Below are positions 1-9,800 of a stretch of 64,000 nucleotides of DNA, in pieces. Origin of the DNA: the human T2T-CHM13v2.0 reference genome, Homo sapiens; assembly GCF_009914755.1 (NCBI RefSeq), contig NC_060937.1; one strand, written 5' to 3'. The notes under the pieces are model-generated. The model worked only from the letters and a program-made list of their open reading frames with translations. It was not told the origin of the DNA and did no database searches. A program made the position numbers and the translations under genes. Positions within the stretch are counted from its first letter, which is position 1; every line of letters begins with the position of its first letter.

Positions 1-315
1 CAATCCAAATATCCACTTGCAGAATCCACAAAAAGAGTGTTTCAAAACTGCTCTATCAATAGAAAGGTTCAACTCTTTTAGTTGAGTACACACATCACAA
101 ACAAGTTTCTGAGAATGCTTCTGTCTGGCTTTTATTGGAAGACGTTTCCTTTTCACCAAAGGCATCAAAGCGCTCCAAATGTCCACTTCCAGATTCTTCC
201 AAAAGAGTGTTTGAAACGTGCTCAAAGTAAGGGAATGTTCAACTCTGTGACTTGAATGCAGATATCACCAAGTAGTTTCTAATAGTGCTTCTGTCTAGAT
301 TTTAGATGATGATAT

Positions 316-332
316 TCCCGTTTCCAACGAAA
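316..332 (-). other. CENP-B box (1 of 5 per 11-mer)
   Basis: TCCCGTTTCCAACGAAA is the reverse complement of TTTCGTTGGAAACGGGA, matching YTTCGTTGGAARCGGGA. Confidence 0.95.
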
Positions 333-486
333 TCGTTAGAGCTATCCAAATATCCACTTACAGTTGCTACAAAAACAGTGTTTCCAAACTGCTGCATCAA
401 AAGAAAGGTTCAACTCTGTTAGTTGAGGACACACATCACAAAGAAGTTTGTGAGAATGCTTCTGTCTAGATTTTGTATGACCATAT

Positions 487-503
487 TCCCTTTTCCAGCG
501 ATA
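487..503 (-). other. Degenerate CENP-B box, predicted non-binding
   Basis: TCCCTTTTCCAGCGATA lies 171 bp after the intact box at 316 and has lost core positions of both the CGGG and TTCG blocks. Confidence 0.8.
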
Positions 504-824
504 TCATTAAAGCAATCTAAATATCCATTTGCAGAATCCACAAAAATAGAGTTTCAAAGCTGCTCTGTAAAAAGAAAGGTTCCACTCTGTTAGCTGAGTA
601 CACACATCACAAACTTGTTTCTCAGAATCCTTCTGTCTCGTTTTTATGGGAAGATATTTACTTTTTCACCGTAGGCATCAAAGCGCTCCAAATGTCCACA
701 TCCAGATACTCCAGAAAGAGTGTTTCAAACCTGCTCTATGAAAGGGAATCTTCAACTCTATGAGTTGAATGCAGACATCAGAAAGAAATTTCTGAGAATG
801 CTGCTGTCTACCTTTTATTTGAAT

Positions 825-841
825 TCCCGCTTCCAACGAAA
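825..841 (-). other. CENP-B box (2 of 5)
   Basis: TCCCGCTTCCAACGAAA is the reverse complement of TTTCGTTGGAAGCGGGA. Confidence 0.95.
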
Positions 842-1166
842 TCCTCCAAGCTATCCAAATATCCACCTGCATTTTCCACAAAAAGAGCGTTTCAAAACTG
901 CTCTATCAATAGAAATGTTCAACTCCTTTGGCTGGGTACACACATCACAAACAAGTTTCTGAGAATGCTTCTGTCTAGTTTTTATGGGAAGACATTCCCT
1001 TTTTCACCAAAGGCATCAAAGCGCTCCAAATGTCCACTTCCAGACACTACAAAAAGAGTGTTTCCAACGTGCTCTAAGAAAGCGAATGTTCAACTCTGTG
1101 ACTTGAATGCAGATATCACAAAGTAGTTTCTGAGAGGGCTTCTGTCTAGATTTTAGATGATGATAT

Positions 1167-1183
1167 TCCCGTTTCCAACGAAA
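1167..1183 (-). other. CENP-B box (3 of 5)
   Basis: TCCCGTTTCCAACGAAA. Confidence 0.95.
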
Positions 1184-1504
1184 TCATTAGAGCTATCCAA
1201 ATATCCACTTACAGTTTCTACAAAAAGAGTGTTTCCAAACTGCTGCATCAAAAGAGAGGTTCCACTCTGTTAGCTGAGTACACACATCACAAACTTGTTT
1301 CTCAGAATCCTTCTGTCTCGTTTTTCTGGGAAGATATTTACTTTTTCACCGTAGGCATCAAAGCGCTCCAAATGTCCACATCCAGATACTCCAGAAAGAG
1401 TGTTTCAAACCTGCTCTATGAAAGGGAATCTTCAACTCTATGAGTTGAATGCAGACATCAGAAAGAAATTTCTGAGAATGCTGCTGTCTACCTTTTATTT
1501 GAAT

Positions 1505-1521
1505 TCCCGCTTCCAACGAAA
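1505..1521 (-). other. CENP-B box (4 of 5)
   Basis: TCCCGCTTCCAACGAAA. Confidence 0.95.
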
Positions 1522-1677
1522 TCCTCCAAGCTATCCAAATATCCACTTGCAGATTCCACAAAAAGAGTGTTTCAAAACTGCTCTCTATCAATGGCAAAGT
1601 TCAACTCTGTTAGTTGAGGACACATATCACCAACAAGTTTCTGAGAATGCTTCTGTCTATTTTTTATGGGAAGATAT

Positions 1678-1694
1678 TTCCTTTTTCACCGTAG
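1678..1694 (+). other. pJalpha (A-box) motif in an A-type monomer; one perfect copy per HOR
   Basis: TTCCTTTTTCACCGTAG matches the recalled pJalpha consensus TTCCTTTTYCACCRTAG and sits at the position homologous to the CENP-B box. Confidence 0.75.
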
Positions 1695-1844
1695 GCGTCA
1701 AGGCGATCGAAATGTCCACTTCCACAAACTACAAAAAGAGTGTTTCAAACCTGCTCTATGAAAGGCCATGTTCATCTCTATGAGTCGAATGGAAATATCC
1801 GAAAGAAATTTCTGGGAATGCTGCTGTCTAGTTTTTATACGAAT

Positions 1845-1861
1845 TCCCGCTTCCAACGAAA
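1845..1861 (-). other. CENP-B box (5 of 5). The pattern repeats in each HOR (3 per 7-mer; about 168 in the window if all are intact)
   Basis: TCCCGCTTCCAACGAAA. The total is extrapolated from unit counts (25x5 + 13x3 + 4). Confidence 0.93.
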
Positions 1862-4800
1862 TCCTCAAAGCAATCCAAATATCCACTTGCAGAATCCACA
1901 AAAAGAGTGTTTCAAAACTGCTCTATCAATAGAAAGGTTCAACTCTTTTAGTTGAGTACACACATCACAAACAAGTTTCTGAGAATGCTTCTGTCTGGCT
2001 TTTATTGGAAGACGTTTCCTTTTCACCAAAGGCATCAAAGCGCTCCAAATGTCCACTTCCAGATTCTTCCAAAAGAGTGTTTGAAACGTGCTCAAAGTAA
2101 GGGAATGTTCAACTCTGTGACTTGAATGCAGATATCACCAAGTAGTTTCTAATAGTGCTTCTGTCTAGATTTTAGATGATGATATTCCCGTTTCCAACGA
2201 AATCGTTAGAGCTATCCAAATATCCACTTACAGTTTCTACAAAAAGAGTGTTTCCAAACTGCTGCATCAAAAGAAAGGTTCAACTCTGTTAGTTGAGGAC
2301 ACACGTCACAAAGAAGTTTGTGAGAATGCTTCTGTCTAGATTTTGTATGACCATATTCCCTTTTCCAGCGATATCATTAAAGCAATCTAAATATCCATTT
2401 GCAGAATCCACAAAAATAGAGTTTCAAAGCTGCTCTGTAAAAAGAAAGGTTCCACTCTGTTAGCTGAGTACACACATCACAAACTTGTTTCTCAGAATCC
2501 TTCTGTCTCGTTTTTATGGGAAGATATTTACTTTTTCACCGTAGGCATCAAAGCGCTCCAAATGTCCACATCCAGATACTCCAGAAAGAGTGTTTCAAAC
2601 CTGCTCTATGAAAGGGAATCTTCAACTCTATGAGTTGAATGCAGACATCAGAAAGAAATTTCTGAGAATGCTGCTGTCTACCTTTTATTTGAATTCCCGC
2701 TTCCAACGAAATCCTCCAAGCTATCCAAATATCCACCTGCATTTTCCACAAAAAGAGCGTTTCAAAACTGCTCTATCAATAGAAATGTTCAACTCCTTTG
2801 GCTGGGTACACACATCACAAACAAGTTTCTGAGAATGCTTCTGTCTAGTTTTTATGGGAAGACATTCCCTTTTTCACCAAAGGCATCAAAGCGCTCCAAA
2901 TGTCCACTTCCAGACACTACAAAAAGAGTGTTTCCAACGTGCTCTAAGAAAGCGAATGTTCAACTCTGTGACTTGAATGCAGATATCACAAAGTAGTTTC
3001 TGAGAGGGCTTCTGTGTAGATTTTAGATGATGATATTCCCGTTTCCAACGAAATCATTAGAGCTATCCAAATATCCACTTACAGTTTCTACAAAAAGAGT
3101 GTTTCCAAACTGCTGCATCAAAAGAGAGGTTCCACTCTGTTAGCTGAGTACACACATCACAAACTTGTTTCTCAGAATCCTTCTGTCTCGTTTTTCTGGG
3201 AAGATATTTACTTTTTCACCGTAGGCATCAAAGCGCTCCAAATGTCCACATCCAGATACTCCAGAAAGAGTGTTTCAAACCTGCTCTATGAAAGGGAATC
3301 TTCAACTCTATGAGTTGAATGCAGACATCAGAAAGAAATTTCTGAGAATGCTGCTGTCTACCTTTTATTTGAATTCCCGCTTCCAACGAAATCCTCCAAG
3401 CTATCCAAATATCCACTTGCAGATTCCACAAAAAGAGTGTTTCAAAACTGCTCTCTATCAATGGCAAAGTTCAACTCTGTTAGTTGAGGACACATATCAC
3501 CAACAAGTTTCTGAGAATGCTTCTGTCTATTTTTTATGGGAAGATATTTCCTTTTTCACCGTAGGCGTCAAGGCGATCGAAATGTCCACTTCCACAAACT
3601 ACAAAAAGAGTGTTTCAAACCTGCTCTATGAAAGGCCATGTTCATCTCTATGAGTCGAATGGAAATATCCGAAAGAAATTTCTGGGAATGCTGCTGTCTA
3701 GTTTTTATACGAATTCCCGCTTCCAACGAAATCCTCAAAGCAATCCAAATATCCACTTGCAGAATCCACAAAAAGAGTGTTTCAAAACTGCTCTATCAAT
3801 AGAAAGGTTCAACTCTTTTAGTTGAGTACACACATCACAAACAAGTTTCTGAGAATGCTTCTGTCTGGCTTTTATTGGAAGACGTTTCCTTTTCACCAAA
3901 GGCATCAAAGCGCTCCAAATGTCCACTTCCAGATTCTTCCAAAAGAGTGTTTGAAACGTGCTCAAAGTAAGGGAATGTTCAACTCTGTGACTTGAATGCA
4001 GATATCACCAAGTAGTTTCTAATAGTGCTTCTGTCTAGATTTTAGATGATGATATTCCCGTTTCCAACGAAATCGTTAGAGCTATCCAAATATCCACTTA
4101 CAGTTGCTACAAAAAGAGTGTTTCCAAACTGCTGCATCAAAAGAAAGGTTCAACTCTGTTAGTTGAGGACACACATCACAAAGAAGTTTGTGAGAATGCT
4201 TCTGTCTAGATTTTGTATGACCATATTCCCTTTTCCAGCGATATCATTAAAGCAATCTAAATATCCATTTGCAGAATCCACAAAAATAGAGTTTCAAAGC
4301 TGCTCTGTAAAAAGAAAGGTTCCACTCTGTTAGCTGAGTACACACATCACAAACTTGTTTCTCAGAATCCTTCTGTCTCGTTTTTATGGGAAGATATTTA
4401 CTTTTTCACCGTAGGCATCAAAGCGCTCCAAATGTCCACATCCAGATACTCCAGAAAGAGTGTTTCAAACCTGCTCTATGAAAGGGAATCTTCAACTCTA
4501 TGAGTTGAATGGAGACATCAGAAAGAAATTTCTGAGAATGCTGCTGTCTACCTTTTATTTGAATTCCCGCTTCCAACGAAATCCTCCAAGCTATCCAAAT
4601 ATCCACCTGCATTTTCCACAAAAAGAGCGTTTCAAAACTGCTCTATCAATAGAAATGTTCAACTCCTTTGGCTGGGTACACACATCACAAACAAGTTTCT
4701 GAGAATGCTTCTGTCTAGTTTTTATGGGAAGACATTCCCTTTTTCACCAAAGGCATCAAAGCGCTCCAAATGTCCACTTCCAGACACTACAAAAAGAGTG

Positions 4801-5610
4801 TTTCCAACGTGCTCTAAGAAAGCGAATGTTCAACTCTGTGACTTGAATGCAGATATCACAAAGTAGTTTCTGAGAGGGCTTCTGTCTAGATTTTAGATGA
4901 TGATATTCCCGTTTCCAACGAAATCATTAGAGCTATCCAAATATCCACTTACAGTTTCTACAAAAAGAGTGTTTCCAAACTGCTGCATCAAAAGAGAGGT
5001 TCCACTCTGTTAGCTGAGTACACACATCACAAACTTGTTTCTCAGAATCCTTCTGTCTCGTTTTTCTGGGAAGATATTTACTTTTTCACCGTAGGCATCA
5101 AAGCGCTCCAAATGTCCACATCCAGATACTCCAGAAAGAGTGTTTCAAACCTGCTCTATGAAAGGGAATCTTCAACTCTATGAGTTGAATGCAGACATCA
5201 GAAAGAAATTTCTGAGAATGCTGCTGTCTACCTTTTATTTGAATTCCCGCTTCCAACGAAATCCTCCAAGCTATCCAAATATCCACTTGCAGATTCCACA
5301 AAAAGAGTGTTTCAAAACTGCTCTCTATCAATGGCAAAGTTCAACTCTGTTAGTTGAGGACACATATCACCAACAAGTTTCTGAGAATGCTTCTGTCTAT
5401 TTTTTATGGGAAGATATTTCCTTTTTCACCGTAGGCGTCAAGGCGATCGAAATGTCCACTTCCACAAACTACAAAAAGAGTGTTTCAAACCTGCTCTATG
5501 AAAGGCCATGTTCATCTCTATGAGTCGAATGGAAATATCCGAAAGAAATTTCTGGGAATGCTGCTGTCTAGTTTTTATACGAATTCCCGCTTCCAACGAA
5601 ATCCTCAAAG

Positions 5611-6800
5611 CAATCCAAATATCCACTTGCAGAATCCACAAAAAGAGTGTTTCAAAACTGCTCTATCAATAGAAAGGTTCAACTCTTTTAGTTGAGTACA
5701 CACATCACAAACAAGTTTCTGAGAATGCTTCTGTCTGGCTTTTATTGGAAGACGTTTCCTTTTCACCAAAGGCATCAAAGCGCTCCAAATGTCCACTTCC
5801 AGATTCTTCCAAAAGAGTGTTTGAAACGTGCTCAAAGTAAGGGAATGTTCAACTCTGTGACTTGAATGCAGATATCACCAAGTAGTTTCTAATAGTGCTT
5901 CTGTCTAGATTTTAGATGATGATATTCCCGTTTCCAACGAAATCGTTAGAGCTATCCAAATATCCACTTACAGTTGCTACAAAAACAGTGTTTCCAAACT
6001 GCTGCATCAAAAGAAAGGTTCAACTCTGTTAGTTGAGGACACACGTCACAAAGAAGTTTGTGAGAATGCTTCTGTCTAGATTTTGTATGACGATATTCCC
6101 TTTTCCAACGATATCGTTAAAGCAATCTAAATATCCATTTGCAGAATCCACAAAAATAGAGTTTCAAAGCTGCTCTGTAAAAAGAAAGGTTCCACTCTGT
6201 TAGCTGAGTACACACATCACAAACTTGTTTCTGAGAATCCTTCTGTCTCGTTTTTATGGGAAGATATTTACTTTTTCACCGTAGGCATCAAAGCGCTCCA
6301 AATGTCCACATCCAGATACTCCAGAAAGAGTGTTTCAAACCTGCTCTATGAAAGGGAATCTTCAACTCTATGAGTTGAATGCAGACATCAGAAAGAAATT
6401 TCTGAGAATGCTGCTGTCTACCTTTTATTTGAATTCCCGCTTCCAACGAAATCCTCCAAGCTATCCAAATATCCACTTGCAGATTCCACAAAAAGAGTGT
6501 TTCAAAACTGCTCTCTATCAATGGCAAAGTTCAACTCTGTTAGTTGAGGACACATATCACCAACAAGTTTCTGAGAATGCTTCTGTCTATTTTTTATGGG
6601 AAGATATTTCCTTTTTCACCGTAGGCGTCAAGGCGATCGAAATGTCCACTTCCACAAACTACAAAAAGAGTGTTTCAAACCTGCTCTATGAAAGGCCATG
6701 TTCATCTCTATGAGTCGAATGGAAATATCCGAAAGAAATTTCTGGGAATGCTGCTGTCTAGTTTTTATACGAATTCCCGCTTCCAACGAAATCCTCAAAG
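5611..6800 (-). repeat. Representative 7-monomer HOR variant (1190 bp). Other copies start at 14281, 19209, 22267, 25325, 28383, 33311, 37555, 42485, 47415, 50475 and 53535
   Basis: Anchor spacing is 1190 = 1870 - 680. The unit lacks the segment containing CTGCATTTTCC...CAGACACTAC...GAGAGGGCT. Confidence 0.95.
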
Positions 6801-9800
6801 CAATCCAAATATCCACTTGCAGAATCCACAAAAAGAGTGTTTCAAAACTGCTCTATCAATAGAAAGGTTCAACTCTTTTAGTTGAGTACACACATCACAA
6901 ACAAGTTTCTGAGAATGCTTCTGTCTGGCTTTTATTGGAAGACGTTTCCTTTTCACCAAAGGCATCAAAGCGCTCCAAATGTCCACTTCCAGATTCTTCC
7001 AAAAGAGTGTTTGAAACGTGCTCAAAGTAAGGGAATGTTCAACTCTGTGACTTGAATGCAGATATCACCAAGTAGTTTCTAATAGTGCTTCTGTCTAGAT
7101 TTTAGATGATGATATTCCCGTTTCCAACGAAATCGTTAGAGCTATCCAAATATCCACTTACAGTTTCTACAAAAAGAGTGTTTCCAAACTGCTGCATCAA
7201 AAGAAAGGTTCAACTCTGTTAGTTGAGGACACACGTCACAAAGAAGTTTGTGAGAATGCTTCTGTCTAGATTTTGTATGACCATATTCCCTTTTCCAGCG
7301 ATATCATTAAAGCAATCTAAATATCCATTTGCAGAATCCACAAAAATAGAGTTTCAAAGCTGCTCTGTAAAAAGAAAGGTTCCACTCTGTTAGCTGAGTA
7401 CACACATCACAAACTTGTTTCTGAGAATCCTTCTGTCTCGTTTTTATGGGAAGATATTTACTTTTTCACCGTAGGCATCAAAGCGCTCCAAATGTCCACA
7501 TCCAGATACTCCAGAAAGAGTGTTTCAAACCTGCTCTATGAAAGGGAATCTTCAACTCTATGAGTTGAATGCAGACATCAGAAAGAAATTTCTGAGAATG
7601 CTGCTGTCTACCTTTTATTTGAACTCCCGCTTCCAACGAAATCCTCCAAGCTATCCAAATATCCACCTGCATTTTCCACAAAAAGAGCGCTTCAAAACTG
7701 CTCTATCAATAGAAATGTTCAACTCCTTTGGCTGGGTACACACATCACAAACAAGTTTCTGAGAATGCTTCTGTCTAGTTTTTATGGGAAGACATTCCCT
7801 TTTTCACCAAAGGCATCAAAGCGCTCCAAATGTCCACTTCCAGACACTACAAAAAGAGTGTTTCCAACGTGCTCTAAGAAAGCGAATGTTCAACTCTGTG
7901 ACTTGAATGCAGATATCACAAAGTAGTTTCTGAGAGGGCTTCTGTCTAGATTTTAGATGATGATATTCCCGTTTCCAACGAAATCATTAGAGCTATCCAA
8001 ATATCCACTTACAGTTTCTACAAAAAGAGTGTTTCCAAACTGCTGCATCAAAAGAGAGGTTCCACTCTGTTAGCTGAGTACACACATCACAAACTTGTTT
8101 CTCAGAATCCTTCTGTCTCGTTTTTCTGGGAAGATATTTACTTTTTCACCGTAGGCATCAAAGCGCTCCAAATGTCCACATCCAGATACTCCAGAAAGAG
8201 TGTTTCAAACCTGCTCTATGAAAGGGAATCTTCAACTCTATGAGTTGAATGCAGACATCAGAAAGAAATTTCTGAGAATGCTGCTGTCTACCTTTTATTT
8301 GAATTCCCGCTTCCAACGAAATCCTCCAAGCTATCCAAATATCCACTTGCAGATTCCACAAAAAGAGTGTTTCAAAACTGCTCTCTATCAATGGCAAAGT
8401 TCAACTCTGTTAGTTGAGGACACATATCACCAACAAGTTTCTGAGAATGCTTCTGTCTATTTTTTATGGGAAGATATTTCCTTTTTCACCGTAGGCGTCA
8501 AGGCGATCGAAATGTCCACTTCCACAAACTACAAAAAGAGTGTTTCAAACCTGCTCTATGAAAGGCCATGTTCATCTCTATGAGTCGAATGGAAATATCC
8601 GAAAGAAATTTCTGGGAATGCTGCTGTCTAGTTTTTATACGAATTCCCGCTTCCAACGAAATCCTCAAAGCAATCCAAATATCCACTTGCAGAATCCACA
8701 AAAAGAGTGTTTCAAAACTGCTCTATCAATAGAAAGGTTCAACTCTTTTAGTTGAGTACACACATCACAAACAAGTTTCTGAGAATGCTTCTGTCTGGCT
8801 TTTATTGGAAGACGTTTCCTTTTCACCAAAGGCATCAAAGCGCTCCAAATGTCCACTTCCAGATTCTTCCAAAAGAGTGTTTGAAACGTGCTCAAAGTAA
8901 GGGAATGTTCAACTCTGTGACTTGAATGCAGATATCACCAAGTAGTTTCTAATAGTGCTTCTGTCTAGATTTTAGATGATGATATTCCCGTTTCCAACGA
9001 AATCGTTAGAGCTATCCAAATATCCACTTACAGTTGCTACAAAAACAGTGTTTCCAAACTGCTGCATCAAAAGAAAGGTTCAACTCTGTTAGTTGAGGAC
9101 ACACATCACAAAGAAGTTTGTGAGAATGCTTCTGTCTAGATTTTGTATGACCATATTCCCTTTTCCAGCGATATCATTAAAGCAATCTAAATATCCATTT
9201 GCAGAATCCACAAAAATAGAGTTTCAAAGCTGCTCTGTAAAAAGAAAGGTTCCACTCTGTTAGCTGAGTACACACATCACAAACTTGTTTCTCAGAATCC
9301 TTCTGTCTCGTTTTTATGGGAAGATATTTACTTTTTCACCGTAGGCATCAAAGCGCTCCAAATGTCCACATCCAGATACTCCAGAAAGAGTGTTTCAAAC
9401 CTGCTCTATGAAAGGGAATCTTCAACTCTATGAGTTGAATGCAGACATCAGAAAGAAATTTCTGAGAATGCTGCTGTCTACCTTTTATTTGAATTCCCGC
9501 TTCCAACGAAATCCTCCAAGCTATCCAAATATCCACCTGCATTTTCCACAAAAAGAGCGTTTCAAAACTGCTCTATCAATAGAAATGTTCAACTCCTTTG
9601 GCTGGGTACACACATCACAAACAAGTTTCTGAGAATGCTTCTGTCTAGTTTTTATGGGAAGACATTCCCTTTTTCACCAAAGGCATCAAAGCGCTCCAAA
9701 TGTCCACTTCCAGACACTACAAAAAGAGTGTTTCCAACGTGCTCTAAGAAAGCGAATGTTCAACTCTGTGACTTGAATGCAGATATCACAAAGTAGTTTC

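Larger units (their letters stand above)
577..1546. repeat. Intra-HOR direct repeat: 577-866 and 1257-1546 (290 bp, 680 bp apart)
   Basis: The stretch AGGTTCCACTCTG...ATATCCAC is identical in both copies by eye except A646 versus C1326. Confidence 0.9.
1..1870 (-). repeat. Representative 11-monomer HOR (1870 bp). Other copies start at 1871, 3741, 6801, 8671, 10541, 12411, 15471, 31441, 34501, 38745, 40615, 43675, 45545, 48605, 51665, 56593, 58463, 60333 and 62203 (partial)
   Basis: The anchor sequence and the ORF-track pattern recur at exactly 1870-bp spacing; 1870/11 = 170 bp. Confidence 0.95.
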
